64,000 bases of DNA from Armatimonadota bacterium (GCA_041690135.1 JAWLHY010000009.1:32001-96000); one strand, 5' to 3'. Counted from the first letter of the stretch, positions 37,700 to 48,563 are shown. Numbers and translations: made by a program. Notes: generated by a model from the sequence alone, not told the origin.

Positions 37700-39805
37700 C
37701 TAGCGTCCTTCGCCACGGATGACTTCAACCAGCCGCGCAAGGACTCTCCGGCGACCTGCTTCGTAAGTGATGATCTCCACCGTGCTGCGCCGGCTCCCTG
37801 CTTCGGACTGCAGGAGTCGGCGAGCCTCGGCCTGGGAGAGGGGGGCCTGGGCTGCGTCGCGGGGGTACGCCAGGAGCACGCTCCGCGGAGCGGCAAAGCG
37901 CAATAAGTCGGGAAGATCCCAGGTGCGAGCGAGGTTCGGCAGGATCGTCCAGTGGGCCGGAGGCGCCAGCAGTTCAGGGGTGGTGAAATCGAGCTCCGCA
38001 CCCTGCCGGTAAGTGATGGGGGTGCCGTCGAGAACCAGTTGCGCGCTCTCCGGCAGTAGAGGAGCTGCTGTGAGGAGCAGTACCCCGTCGAAACCATGAC
38101 CGTAGAACACGGTGGGCGTGTGGGCCGTCATCAGCCGCTCTTTCTCCAGCACCTTCAGCAGCACCAGGAGGTCGCGGGCTCGCTCCGCCAGTAGGGAACT
38201 GCCGGAAGCGACCAGCGCCGATCCGACCTGGCCTTCTTGCCTGGGGGACAGCGTCCGTCCGGTGTAGGAGAATTCCACCACCGTGGCGGAGGTGCGTGCC
38301 TGGTCATCCCAGTGGAGACGCTCGAACTGCGGGAGTTGGCGGTCGCGGTCGAGCCGGATCACGAGCCGGCCGCGGCCGGTGGGAGGCGTCCCAGCTGGGC
38401 GGCTGATCAGCGCGGAGACGGTGCCTCCGAGACCGGATGGCCAGGATAGCCGGAGGCGCTCCGCCAGCTTCTGGGCGTCCGGTCCGAGGTCCTGGCGTTG
38501 AACCTCCGTCGGGAGCGAAGGTTCTCCGGTCCAGCGCGCGCGGATAAAGTCGCCCGCGTGTTTCGGCGCGGCCGGTGCGCCGGTCTCTTCCCGGTCAGCG
38601 GCTGCTTTCCGGCGGGCGGGCCGGCCCATCCGTTTCCGGTTCCATTCGGAGAGGGTGAGGGTTTCCGCCGGGATCCTGCCATCCGGGAAGCACTGCAAGG
38701 CGGCATAGGGGCGGAAACCGTCGGCGGTGGGAAGTTCCTTCATGGCGGGGAGCCCGAACCGGGCGCGGAACCAGTGGATCTGACGGTCGATCATCGGATC
38801 GCTCCAGGTGTGGCCATCAGGGAACTCGGCGAACGCCAGCCCCTCCTCGCGACCGGCGGCCGCATAGAGCGCGCGTGCCTGGCGAGTCGCGGCGCGAGCC
38901 CCGGCGATGGGAAAGATGGGGTCCTCAATCCCGTTGACCACCAGCAGCGGACGCGGGTAGGCCATGGCCAGGAACAACCCGTGATCGCCCACCGTGAGAA
39001 CGTCCGTCAGCATCTCGCAGACGCACATCGTGGTATCGGCCAGGTCGGACCGGAAGGTGGTTACCGCGCAGGTGGGGGAACCGGCCTTCAGGCGGGGTTC
39101 GATGGCCATGGTATAGAGCGTCTGGCTTCCCCCGCCCGAAATCCCCGCCATACCGACCTGATCCGCGTGCACGTCCGGCCGGCTCAGCAGGTAATCCACG
39201 CAGCGGATATTGTCCCAGAGTTCGAGAGCCATCAGCGAGCTGCCCGTGAGGAAGAGCTGGCCGCCTTCCGCCCCGTGCCCGGTGCCGCGTCGTTCCTGCT
39301 TGCCCCAGCCGTCTTTGGCGAGGACGATGAACCCGGCCTTGGCGAAGCGCTGGTAGGCGTTCTGGTAGACGGGCCGGTCCCGGCCGCTGTGGCCATGAGG
39401 CATCAGGAGCGCCGGTTTGCGCGTGGGGCCGCCTTTGGGCACGTAGAGGTTGCAGGGAACCGGCACCCCGGGCTCCGTCTCCAGGACGATCTTCTCGATG
39501 AGATACTGGCCGCCATCGATAACGCCCACGTGCGTGACACGCGGTGCCTGGCGCGGGGACTCCAGGTCCAGGTCCAGCAGGTCGAGGAACCGCCGGCGGG
39601 ACTTCTGCAACTCGCTCTCCAGAGACGGCCGGTCGCGGACCGCCCCCAGGCGCTGGTGATGGCGTTCGCACCAGCGATTGAGGTGTGCCTGTACCCCCTG
39701 TACCACCGGATCGGAATGGACCGGCACTTCCGGGTGAGCGGACTGGGCGACCACCGTAGCGGCCGTCAATAGGAGCAGCAAAACGGAACTTCCGAGAAAA
39801 CGCAT
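37700..39805 (-). CDS. Acetylxylan esterase-like alpha/beta hydrolase (secreted, two-domain)
   Basis: Signal peptide, VPCNLYVP, PHGH, DYLLSRPDV and GISGGG; the second hydrolase domain is degenerate. Confidence 0.8.
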   Translation of the reverse strand: MRFLGSSVLLLLLTAATVVAQSAHPEVPVHSDPVVQGVQAHLNRWCERHHQRLGAVRDRPSLESELQKSRRRFLDLLDLDLESPRQAPRVTHVGVIDGGQYLIEKIVLETEPGVPVPCNLYVPKGGPTRKPALLMPHGHSGRDRPVYQNAYQRFAKAGFIVLAKDGWGKQERRGTGHGAEGGQLFLTGSSLMALELWDNIRCVDYLLSRPDVHADQVGMAGISGGGSQTLYTMAIEPRLKAGSPTCAVTTFRSDLADTTMCVCEMLTDVLTVGDHGLFLAMAYPRPLLVVNGIEDPIFPIAGARAATRQARALYAAAGREEGLAFAEFPDGHTWSDPMIDRQIHWFRARFGLPAMKELPTADGFRPYAALQCFPDGRIPAETLTLSEWNRKRMGRPARRKAAADREETGAPAAPKHAGDFIRARWTGEPSLPTEVQRQDLGPDAQKLAERLRLSWPSGLGGTVSALISRPAGTPPTGRGRLVIRLDRDRQLPQFERLHWDDQARTSATVVEFSYTGRTLSPRQEGQVGSALVASGSSLLAERARDLLVLLKVLEKERLMTAHTPTVFYGHGFDGVLLLTAAPLLPESAQLVLDGTPITYRQGAELDFTTPELLAPPAHWTILPNLARTWDLPDLLRFAAPRSVLLAYPRDAAQAPLSQAEARRLLQSEAGSRRSTVEIITYEAGRRRVLARLVEVIRGEGR

Positions 39806-39923
39806 ACACCTTCACCTCTGGCCCGGCGTTTGCCTCATCCCGAGTGCCGCCGGCGGACCACGCGCATCAGAGTTCAACCTCTCCCGTGCCGACCTCCTAC
39901 TCCATCTGGGTCCCGCCGGAGGG

Positions 39924-41519
39924 GTGCGGTCGTCCGGAAGCGAAATTGATCCGGTGCCACCCTTTCCCACAACTCATTCCGTCTCCTCCGCCGGCGAGGG
40001 GGATCGACCTGCTGCCGGGGTCTCCCAGGCACGGTCGCCCCGGTGGCTGGCCGGGCTGCAGACCGTGGGCGTGGTGGGCGCTCTCCTGGCGTCGGTCGTG
40101 GCGGTGGCGTGGGTCATGGGCGGCGCTGCGTTGTTTTCGGGGCCACCGGATTGGACGGCTTACCGCGACCTCCGGCGCGTGCTGCCGGCCTGGAAGGAAC
40201 GCCGCGGGCCTGTACGGCGAGTGGTGGACGTGGTTTGCCTGGTGCCCGACCGGCGGACCTTTCTGGCGGCGCTTTCCACCTGGGACCGCGAGCACTTCTT
40301 CCCGATACTAATCGAGGACGATCGGTACACTCCGAAGTTCCTGCGCGCCTTTCGGCCCGGACGCGTGTTGCGTTATCCCCGGGTGGCGCCACCACGGGAC
40401 CCCTCCGCCACATGGGAAGAAGTGGTGCTGGCGGTGGGCCGCACCTGGCAGGAAGGCGGTCGTACCTCCCGCATTCGCGGCGATGCTCCACCTCCGCGAC
40501 GGCTGGGTGCCTGTCCGCCGGGAGTCGTTGTGGGTTCTCCCGGCCCATTACTGGCCGGAGCGGCCGCGCTGGCCGCCGGTCGCTTCCAGCCGCTGGTCCG
40601 TTGGGAGCCGTCCCTGGGCTATCTCGACCGTCCCGGTTACGATGCGGCCCGCAAGCTGGCGACCGAGTTGGAAGGATGCATCTCCAGAGTCGTGCCGCGC
40701 TACCGGGAAATGGGAGACGACTGCGATTTTCTCACGATGGCGACGGACTATCCGTACCGGTATCAGCACCGGGGCGACCAGGCCTTCGACGATCTGCTGG
40801 CGCGGGTCGAAGGGGAGCGGCGCTGGGGTTATGCCGGCCGCCTGGTGGGTACCGAAGCCGCTGTCGTGTACCAGGCCATGTGCAGCCTGTTCCTCCAGCC
40901 GCCGTCGACGCTGCTCTTCAATGGCTACACCGACTTCGATCAGCCGGGAGAGGTGGAGCCCGCCTCCTGGGGCAGTTACTCGCAACGGACCGCCGCCCGG
41001 GTGCTCTCGAACCGGATGACAACGACCTTGCGAGACGGCTTGCAGGCGGACCTTACCGGTTGGAAGGCGGCGTTCGGCCGGGAGAACCCGCATGGCCTGG
41101 TCTTCATCAACAGCAGCGGTGGCCCGGACTGGTTCAATCTGCGGGGTGCGCGAGGAAAGACGGATGACGTCCCGGAGAGCGTGCCTGCCGTGATCTACAA
41201 GATCCACAGCTTCTCCGCCGCTTCCCCCCACGATCCGGCAACCCTCGCCGGCCGCTGGCTCCGGAACGGAGCCTACATCTACTTCGGTTCCATGAATGAG
41301 CCGTACCTTCCGGCCTTCCGTACGCCGACCCTCGTCGCCTCCATGATCGGGGAGGGAGTGCCCTTCGCCGCCGCAATGCGCCGCGCGGACGCCCTGGAGC
41401 GCGATACGCCGTGGAGGCTGGTCTACCTGGGAGATCCCCTCTACCGGTTGGAGACGCGGACGGGGGAACGTCTTCGCACCTGGAACCCGATTGCGGAATG
41501 GTCCGCCGGCGATTACTGA
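39924..41519 (+). CDS. Hypothetical membrane-anchored protein
   Basis: N-terminal TM helix; C-terminal GAYIYFGSMNEPYLPAF...W..YLGDPLY resembles TIGR03790/C25-like tails. Start uncertain. Confidence 0.65.
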   Translation: MRSSGSEIDPVPPFPTTHSVSSAGEGDRPAAGVSQARSPRWLAGLQTVGVVGALLASVVAVAWVMGGAALFSGPPDWTAYRDLRRVLPAWKERRGPVRRVVDVVCLVPDRRTFLAALSTWDREHFFPILIEDDRYTPKFLRAFRPGRVLRYPRVAPPRDPSATWEEVVLAVGRTWQEGGRTSRIRGDAPPPRRLGACPPGVVVGSPGPLLAGAAALAAGRFQPLVRWEPSLGYLDRPGYDAARKLATELEGCISRVVPRYREMGDDCDFLTMATDYPYRYQHRGDQAFDDLLARVEGERRWGYAGRLVGTEAAVVYQAMCSLFLQPPSTLLFNGYTDFDQPGEVEPASWGSYSQRTAARVLSNRMTTTLRDGLQADLTGWKAAFGRENPHGLVFINSSGGPDWFNLRGARGKTDDVPESVPAVIYKIHSFSAASPHDPATLAGRWLRNGAYIYFGSMNEPYLPAFRTPTLVASMIGEGVPFAAAMRRADALERDTPWRLVYLGDPLYRLETRTGERLRTWNPIAEWSAGDY

Positions 41520-41703
41520 ACGGCTTCTTGTTTGCAGGACGCTGCCGGTGTCGAAAGCAGCACTTTGATTGATTCGCCGCGGAAGAGTCTCCGCCGGAAG
41601 GTTTTCACGATACTCTATTCTGATCTCGCGGCGCCCGACCTCCCGTAGGCCATCTTCCGTCGTCAATCGCGGATCGATCGTCCGGCGAACCAGTGTTCCT
41701 CTT

Positions 41704-42930
41704 ATGACGCAGCCTGCTTCCGACCCGATCCACGAACGGTATCACGGCCTGGATGCCCTCCGCGCCGCCATGATGTTCCTGGGTCTCGTGCTCCACGGGG
41801 CGGCATCGTACATCACCCTGGCGACGCCGGCCTGGGGCTTCAAAGACCGGAGCACCAGTATTGTCTGCGACCTGCTTGTCTTCTGCATCCACCTGTTCCG
41901 GATGCCGGCCTTCTTCGTGATGGCGGGCTTCTTCGGGGCGCTTCTGTATGAGCGGCGGGGCGCGCGGCAACTGGCGGCGAACCGGGCGGGGCGGATTCTG
42001 TTGCCGCTGGTGGTGGGCTGGCCCCTGCTCTATCCGGCCACGGTGCTGGGGTTCAGTTTCGCCGCTTCCCAGGGACAGGCATCGGTCCAGGCGTCGCTCG
42101 GCCAGAACGGGAGCGGGGGGATCCAGATGGATTGGGTGTTGATCCATCTCTGGTTCCTTTACTACCTGCTCCTCTTCTACGCCGCGGCCCTCGTGTTTGT
42201 AGCTGTGGGGCGACGGGTGCCGGAGAAAACGCGCGCCGCGCTTGCGGGGCTCTTCCGTCGTGCGGTCGAGTCGCGCCGGCGGGCCTTCTACTTCGCGCTG
42301 CCGACGGCGCTCACACTCCTGCCGATGCACATGGGATTGCTGGAGACGATCCCCTCCCTGACCCCCGCGCCGCGCATCATTCTGGCCTACGGGGTCTTCT
42401 TCGCATCCGGCTGGTTGCTCTATGGACAGCGAGACCTGCTGCCACGACTGGAGGCCGGTGCGGGGAGGTGCCTGTGGGGGAGCCTCGGCCTGTTGCCGTT
42501 CATCCTGGGCGGGGTGGCGGTCACGGTTCGCGGGTATCCGGGGGATCCCACGCTCGCTCACGGCGTGGTGGTGGTCATGGGGGCGCTGATCACCTGGTTG
42601 ATGATCTTCGGGTTGACTGGCTGGTTCCTGCGCCGTTTCCGCGCGGAGCACCCACTGGCGCGCTACCTGGCCGACGCGTCCTATTGGGTGTACCTGGTCC
42701 ACCTGCCGCTGATCATCTGGAGCGCCGGCCTGCTGGCTCCGGTGGTCCTACCGGCGCTCGTGAAGTTCCTCGTCGTCATTTCCGTCGCGTGCGCGCTGTC
42801 GCTGTTGACTTACGACCTCTGGGTGCGTCCGGGATTCGTGGGCGCCGCGCTGAATGGCAAACGATACCCCGGCTGGATTGGTCGGAAGGGTGTCCGGAAG
42901 CGTGGGAGCGATCCGGTCCCGAGCGGGTGA
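41704..42930 (+). CDS. Acyltransferase family 3 (OpgC/MdoC-like)
   Basis: YHGLDALRA, HLFRMPAFFVMAGFF, HLWFLYYL and ASYWVYLVH. Confidence 0.92.
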   Translation: MTQPASDPIHERYHGLDALRAAMMFLGLVLHGAASYITLATPAWGFKDRSTSIVCDLLVFCIHLFRMPAFFVMAGFFGALLYERRGARQLAANRAGRILLPLVVGWPLLYPATVLGFSFAASQGQASVQASLGQNGSGGIQMDWVLIHLWFLYYLLLFYAAALVFVAVGRRVPEKTRAALAGLFRRAVESRRRAFYFALPTALTLLPMHMGLLETIPSLTPAPRIILAYGVFFASGWLLYGQRDLLPRLEAGAGRCLWGSLGLLPFILGGVAVTVRGYPGDPTLAHGVVVVMGALITWLMIFGLTGWFLRRFRAEHPLARYLADASYWVYLVHLPLIIWSAGLLAPVVLPALVKFLVVISVACALSLLTYDLWVRPGFVGAALNGKRYPGWIGRKGVRKRGSDPVPSG

Positions 42931-43224
42931 GACTTCCAAGGTCGCGGTGGCCCCATCCGCTTTCCATCGGTTGTGCTGAGAAAACAGCCGGCGCACAGGC
43001 GTGGGTCGCCCGGTCGACGCCCACTCCGGCCACCTTCGCCAGGCAGAATCGGACTTCCACTCTCCCTCCCACCGCTGTTCCAAACCGTTCACTCCCGCCA
43101 GCCAGCATACCCGCTTTGGATCCCACCGCGAAGAATTCGCCGGGGAGGAGTCTGTTCTTCCCCCAGCGAAAGCTCGTGCGGCTTCCAACCATGCAGCCTT
43201 CTTCTGTCGGATCTGGAGACTACC

Positions 43225-44313
43225 ATGAGCCCTGCCGGTGAGATCCTGCTACTGGGGACGCGCAAAGGCCTGCTGTTGCTGCGCCGGGTAAACGGCGGCT
43301 GGACGACTTACCGCCGGGCGCACCTGGGCAACCCGGTCGCGTACGCGATGCACGATCGGAGGACCGGCGTGCTCTGGGCCAGCCTGGATCATGGCCATTG
43401 GGGGCAGAAGCTCACGCGGTCGGATGACCTGGGGGAGACCTGGCGCGAAGTCCCGGCCCCCAAGTATCCGCAAGGAGCCGAAATCAAGGACGGCAAGCCG
43501 GCCACCCTGCGCTACCTCTGGGTGCTCGCCCCGGGTGGCCGGGATCAGCCCGGGCGGTTCTACCTGGGTACCGAGCCGGGAGGTCTGTTCCGGTCCGACG
43601 ATGGCGGCGAGACCTTCCAACTGGTTGAGGGTCTCTGGAACCATCCCACCCGCAAGGAACGCTGGTTCGGTGGCGGGCGGGACGAACCGGGGATTCACTC
43701 CATCCTGGTCGATCCGCGCGACCACCGGCGCGTGCTGGTGGGGATCAGCTGCGCGGGAGTGTTCGAAACGGTGGATGACGGCGAGACGTGGGTTCCCAGA
43801 AACTGTGGGCTCCGGGCCGACTTCCTTCCCGAGCCGGATGCGGAGGTGGGCCAGGACCCACACTTCGTCCACGCGTGCGGCGGCCACCCCGATGTTCTCT
43901 GGCAGCAGAATCACTGCGGCATCTTCCGGAGCACGGATGGAGCGCGCGCCTGGCAAGCGATCTCCCAGCCGGGGGACACCGCTCACTTCGGTTTTGCGGT
44001 GGCGGCGGATGAGCGGGATCCGCAGACGGCCTGGGTCGTGCCCGCGGTTGCCGACGAGCAGCGGAGAGCGGTAGAGGATGCGCTCTGCGTCTGCCGGACC
44101 GAGGACGGAGGTCAATCCTGGACGCCGCTGCGGAACGGCCTGCCCCAGCAGGATTGCTACGACATCACCTATCGCCACGCCCTGGATATCCATGGGGATA
44201 CGCTGGCGTTCGGCACGACGACCGGCAATGTCTTCGTCTCGGAGGACCGCGGAGACACCTGGACCTGTCTCGGCAACCATTTCCCGCCGGTGTACTCCGT
44301 CCGGTTTGCTTAA
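43225..44313 (+). CDS. BNR/Asp-box repeat beta-propeller (sialidase-like) protein
   Basis: LGTRKG, repeated SDDGGETW-type Asp boxes and WQQNHCG. Confidence 0.88.
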   Translation: MSPAGEILLLGTRKGLLLLRRVNGGWTTYRRAHLGNPVAYAMHDRRTGVLWASLDHGHWGQKLTRSDDLGETWREVPAPKYPQGAEIKDGKPATLRYLWVLAPGGRDQPGRFYLGTEPGGLFRSDDGGETFQLVEGLWNHPTRKERWFGGGRDEPGIHSILVDPRDHRRVLVGISCAGVFETVDDGETWVPRNCGLRADFLPEPDAEVGQDPHFVHACGGHPDVLWQQNHCGIFRSTDGARAWQAISQPGDTAHFGFAVAADERDPQTAWVVPAVADEQRRAVEDALCVCRTEDGGQSWTPLRNGLPQQDCYDITYRHALDIHGDTLAFGTTTGNVFVSEDRGDTWTCLGNHFPPVYSVRFA

Positions 44314-44419
44314 ACTGGCTCTTAGCCTGCTTGCCGTCAGTGCGGTTCACATCAGGCGCATGCCTCGACCGGCCGGCGCCAGGCCATACCCACCTCGTGC
44401 CCACGGTAGGGGATGGTTT

Positions 44420-45658
44420 TCACTCCTTTGCGGACGGTTTCCCTGGCGCATCGCCGGAAAAACCGCGGACGGGCAACGGCAACTTCTCTCCACCAGGCTC
44501 CCCACTCTGCGCCGCCACGGGGAGGTCGTGCGGCGAGAGGGGCGGAGCGGATGAGGGAAGTGGCAGGTGCTTGAGACGCTCCGTGGCCTTCTCGATGTGA
44601 GAGATAGCGGCGCGGTAGGCGGCGATCGACTCCGGTCCTTCGAGGCCCCAGGGAGAACAGAGTTTCCGGAGCCTGGGGAGAGCCCGCTGCAACTCGGGGC
44701 TCGGGTCGTGCCGGGCGATATGGGCCAGGGCCTGGGCCGCGGCCCGGCGCGTGTGTGGCTGCGCTTGCTCCAGGGCGTTGCAGAGCGTGGGTACTGCTGG
44801 CGCGCCGATCCCAGCCAGTATGATCCAGGCCCGGCTGCGCAGGTCGCCATCCTCGACGGAAAGTAGCTCTCCCAGCGGGGCCGCCGCCAGGGCTCCCACC
44901 CGCACCAGCGCGACACCCGCCTTCTGCGACAGCAGGGCATCCGTGGAGCGCATGGAGGCCATCAGGGCGGCAACCGACTCCCGGCAGGGTATGCGGCCGA
45001 GGCCCTCCACGGCAGTCCAACGTACCTGTGACACATGGTCCGACAGGAGCTTTGTTAACTGGGGGAGCGCGCGCGGGTCGCGGAGCCCTCCCAGTGCGGC
45101 GGCGACTTCAACGCGCACCCCTGGGCTGCGGTCTTCCACCGCCTCACGTAAAACGTCCAAAGACCGGATGTCCGGATGGGCGCGGAGGACGCCGGCGGCG
45201 GACTGCCGGACGCCGTTATCGGCGTCCCGCATCGCTCGTTCTGCGAGGAGACGCGCGCGTTCCTCGACCGTCGTGGACATGCGCTCTCCAAGCGCCTCCA
45301 CTACCTGGCGACGCACGGGGGGCTGGGGATCCATTAGGAGTTGCTCCAGGAGATCGAGGGCCTCCGTTTCCGGCCTCCGCCCGAGAAGCCAGGCGAGTCG
45401 CACGCGCAAGAGGGTGTCGGGACAACGGAGCAACTCCCGCAACGTCGGAACCACGGCACTGCCGGAGGCCGCCAGGTTCTCAGCCGTCCGCTGCCAGTCT
45501 CCTTCGCGCGCGAGGAGGCCGGCAGCAAGCCGGTCCGGATCGAGACGATGCCCTTCCCACGGGCTATCGATGCCGGTTGGCTCCGCGGCGTGCCGCTGAG
45601 GAGTTGGCTCGCTATCGGGTTGGTTGTGAGGCGGGGTCCTGGAGTTGATCGTCGTCAC
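44420..45658 (-). CDS. HEAT (PBS-lyase type) repeat protein, paralog 5
   Basis: Repeats of the form VRxxAxxALGxL; GTG start overlapping the upstream stop (GTGA); triple LPxP tail. Confidence 0.85.
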   Translation of the reverse strand: MTTINSRTPPHNQPDSEPTPQRHAAEPTGIDSPWEGHRLDPDRLAAGLLAREGDWQRTAENLAASGSAVVPTLRELLRCPDTLLRVRLAWLLGRRPETEALDLLEQLLMDPQPPVRRQVVEALGERMSTTVEERARLLAERAMRDADNGVRQSAAGVLRAHPDIRSLDVLREAVEDRSPGVRVEVAAALGGLRDPRALPQLTKLLSDHVSQVRWTAVEGLGRIPCRESVAALMASMRSTDALLSQKAGVALVRVGALAAAPLGELLSVEDGDLRSRAWIILAGIGAPAVPTLCNALEQAQPHTRRAAAQALAHIARHDPSPELQRALPRLRKLCSPWGLEGPESIAAYRAAISHIEKATERLKHLPLPSSAPPLSPHDLPVAAQSGEPGGEKLPLPVRGFSGDAPGKPSAKE

Positions 45659-46740
45659 TCCTTTCCCCTGAATCGGTTGAAGTGGCACCGGACCGCCGTG
45701 ATGACAGCAGTCAGCAGCGCCTGTACCCCTTCGAGAGGAACTCGGCGTGCACTGGAAGACGCAGGAGGGTTGTCCGGAGGAGGCGAGCCGACAGGGCGGG
45801 GGAGACGGCAGTCTCTTTCCAGGGGGCCTTTACCCACGAGCGGAAGCTGGTGGACCGTATTCGGAGCCGAATCCGCCGGTAAGGGCAATCCGCGCACGTG
45901 CGCCGTCGCCCGTTCGATCTTGCGGATAGCCTCCTGATACACGTCGCCAGCGCCGTTGAGCTCTCCAAGGTGCGCCGCCGACCCGACCAGCCGCCGGAGT
46001 CGCGGCAGCGCGCCCTCGAGGCCGGGCGTGGGGTCTCGCTCGGCGATGCCGCAGAGGGCCTCCGCCGCCCGGAACCGGATGAGTTCCTGGTCCTGAAGGG
46101 CGGCGATCAGGCCCAGCACGGCCCGGGCGTCTCCCACCTTCCCGAGCGCTTCCGCGGCCGCGGCACGGACCTCCGTATCCCGGTCGCGGAGCGCTTCGAC
46201 CAACGCCGGCACGGCACTCCCGCTGCCGAGCAGTCCCAGGGCTCGCGCCGCTTGCCGCCGGACACTCCGGTCATTATCTTCCAGGACCGCCTCCAGCGTG
46301 GAAATGATCTCCCGGCGCGGTGCTTTCTCGACCGCTTCGGGAGCCCGTTCGATGAGGAGCGCCAGTGCTTCCACGCAGCGGTGGCGCACGCGCCAATGCT
46401 CGTCGCGGGCTCCCTGCGTAAGAGGGAGCAGGGCCCGCCCGTCCGCCACTCGCCGGAGCGCCTCGGCCGCCTCACACCGGACCTCCCAATCGAGGTCCTC
46501 GAGGGCCGCGCAAAGGGGTTCGATGGCTACCGGATCGGCCAGTTCGCCCAGGGTCATCGCTGCCTGGCGGCGCAGTTCCCAATCATCATCCTTCAGGGCG
46601 CGACACAGAGCGGGAAGTGTGGGCGGCCCGAATTGGAGGAGAGACACACGCGCGAGCCGCTGCGTGTTCGGGTTGCGCTCCTTCAACTGGACGATGAGTG
46701 CGGCGATCTCGCCCGGGTCGCGGTCGTTCGTTTTCAGCAC
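45655..46740 (-). CDS. HEAT repeat protein, paralog 4
   Basis: About 7 repeats (ALKDDDWELRRQAAMTLG etc.); triple LPxP tail; start at GTG 46740 inferred. Confidence 0.85.
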   Translation of the reverse strand: MLKTNDRDPGEIAALIVQLKERNPNTQRLARVSLLQFGPPTLPALCRALKDDDWELRRQAAMTLGELADPVAIEPLCAALEDLDWEVRCEAAEALRRVADGRALLPLTQGARDEHWRVRHRCVEALALLIERAPEAVEKAPRREIISTLEAVLEDNDRSVRRQAARALGLLGSGSAVPALVEALRDRDTEVRAAAAEALGKVGDARAVLGLIAALQDQELIRFRAAEALCGIAERDPTPGLEGALPRLRRLVGSAAHLGELNGAGDVYQEAIRKIERATAHVRGLPLPADSAPNTVHQLPLVGKGPLERDCRLPRPVGSPPPDNPPASSSARRVPLEGVQALLTAVITAVRCHFNRFRGKE

Positions 46741-46768
46741 CTTCGGCCCCGTTCCGGTGAGTGCTGGC

Positions 46769-47395
46769 TCATCCCAGCATTCCCGGCCAAATGTATGCGA
46801 GGAACCGCATAGCCCAGTAGATCGTGGGACGAGTTCCCGGTGTCTCGTAATCTGCGTTGGGTAGGGCCGCAAGGGGGAGGCGGGACTCGGACCCAACGGT
46901 AGGAAAGGCCGGCCGGGGCAGCGTTTCGTTGGATTGAGCGCCGGCCAGGGCGGGGAGGGGAAGGTCCTTAAAGCCGGCCGTGACTATCTCGATCTTCTCC
47001 AGCGTCAGGCGGCACTCCCGCTGCACCACCGGAAGCTCGGAACGGCGGTGCGCAATCCGCCTTCGGAGCAACGGGACAGCCGTCCGGAGCTCCGGGCCCG
47101 GGCAGTGGTCCGCCAGGTCCCGGAGCGCCTTCGCCGCGGCCTGCCGGACTGGAAAACTCAGGTCTCCGAGGGCCTGGCAGAGAGGCCCCACGGCGTCCGG
47201 ATGGCCGGTGGCTCCCAGGGCGCGCACGGCAGCCAGGCGCTGATCGCGCGTCCGCATCTCCCAGAAGGGATCATCCGCGCCTACAACTCCTGTTTTTGGC
47301 ACCCGGAGCACCTCTGCGAGCCGCGGCACCGTCTCGGTGGGAAGGAGAGGTCCGTCTTCGGGGTTTAGAGGCGCCCACATCCTGTTCGGCTCCAT
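46769..47395 (-). CDS. HEAT repeat protein, paralog 3
   Basis: RLAAVRALG and ALGDLSFPVRQAAAKAL; triple LPxP tail. Confidence 0.8.
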   Translation of the reverse strand: MEPNRMWAPLNPEDGPLLPTETVPRLAEVLRVPKTGVVGADDPFWEMRTRDQRLAAVRALGATGHPDAVGPLCQALGDLSFPVRQAAAKALRDLADHCPGPELRTAVPLLRRRIAHRRSELPVVQRECRLTLEKIEIVTAGFKDLPLPALAGAQSNETLPRPAFPTVGSESRLPLAALPNADYETPGTRPTIYWAMRFLAYIWPGMLG

Positions 47396-47420
47396 CGGCT
47401 TGAGTCCACCTGTTCCAGGA

Positions 47421-48518
47421 TTACTTTAAACGACTCCGTAGCCAGCCCATCCACCGCTGGAGCCAGTGCCCATGGGCCACGGCCGGTAGCCCGAGGTCCG
47501 TACCGGAGGATGACGGCAGCGGCAACTCGCCGGCCACGGGATTGGGGGCTCCCGCGGGCCGGGGGAGAGCGTGGGCCTCCATCGCTCCGGACTCGGCCGG
47601 GAGCGGCAGGTCATACAGTTCCGCCGTCGCCGTTTCGACGGCATCGAGTGCGGCCTGATACTTTTCCCGGGCTACCGCCCCTTCGCGATTCCAGCCGGAG
47701 GCGAGACGCTGCAGTGAACTCACTGCCCCGCGCAGAGCCAGCACGTGGTGCTCGCGGGCCACGTCTCGCAGCGCCATCGCGGCCTCCTGGCGCACCTCGG
47801 CACGGCGGTCTTCAAGCGCCTCGATGAGCAGGGGAATCGTTTCCGGGTTCTTCAGCTTACCCAGGACGCGCACGGCCAACATCCGGGCATCCGCGTTTGC
47901 TTCCCGGACGACTTCCGCTAGCGGTTGAATCGTCGGGTCTCCGATCTGGACCAGGGCCAGCCAGGCACGCTCCTGGACCGTTTCGAACTTGTCCCAAAGC
48001 GCCGCGGTGAGCACGGGAATCGCGGAAGGATCCCCGATCCGGCCGAGGGCTTCGGCGGCCTCCATACGGAGCAGGGCTCGCTGCTCCTTCGTGGGCGCCG
48101 GAACCGGAGCGCCGTTCTCCAGCCGGTCGTCTCGCTCGAGAGCGTTGTGGGCGGGCTGCCACATGTAGCCGAACTTGTCCTTTAGCGCCGCACAGAGAGC
48201 GGGCACGGCGGATACGTCCCGGATCCGTCCCAGTACCCAGGCCGCGCGCCAGCGGACCGCCCAGTCCTCGTGGCGGAGTGCCTCGCACAGCGCATCCACA
48301 GGTCGAGAACCCATGCCGACCAGGCGCGTTTGGGCCGCCGTGCTCACGGTCCAATCCGCGCTGCCCAGGTCGCGGATCAACTCCGCGAGGGGATCCAGGT
48401 CCTCTCCGGGAGGCTCGTTCCGCGGAGGGGTGCCGGGCGAGCCGGAAGGAGGCAGCCCCTCCATCGGGGGCGGCCGCAGCGAAAGCCGGGTCAGGGGCGT
48501 GGGGATGAACTCGTGCAT
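47421..48518 (-). CDS. HEAT repeat protein, paralog 2
   Basis: ALRHEDWAVRWRAAWVLG and ALEDRRAEVRQEAAMAL; triple LPxP tail. Confidence 0.87.
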   Translation of the reverse strand: MHEFIPTPLTRLSLRPPPMEGLPPSGSPGTPPRNEPPGEDLDPLAELIRDLGSADWTVSTAAQTRLVGMGSRPVDALCEALRHEDWAVRWRAAWVLGRIRDVSAVPALCAALKDKFGYMWQPAHNALERDDRLENGAPVPAPTKEQRALLRMEAAEALGRIGDPSAIPVLTAALWDKFETVQERAWLALVQIGDPTIQPLAEVVREANADARMLAVRVLGKLKNPETIPLLIEALEDRRAEVRQEAAMALRDVAREHHVLALRGAVSSLQRLASGWNREGAVAREKYQAALDAVETATAELYDLPLPAESGAMEAHALPRPAGAPNPVAGELPLPSSSGTDLGLPAVAHGHWLQRWMGWLRSRLK

Positions 48519-48563
48519 GATGCGGGCACGGACGACGATGTGTTAGGGATTATACCCGCTCTC

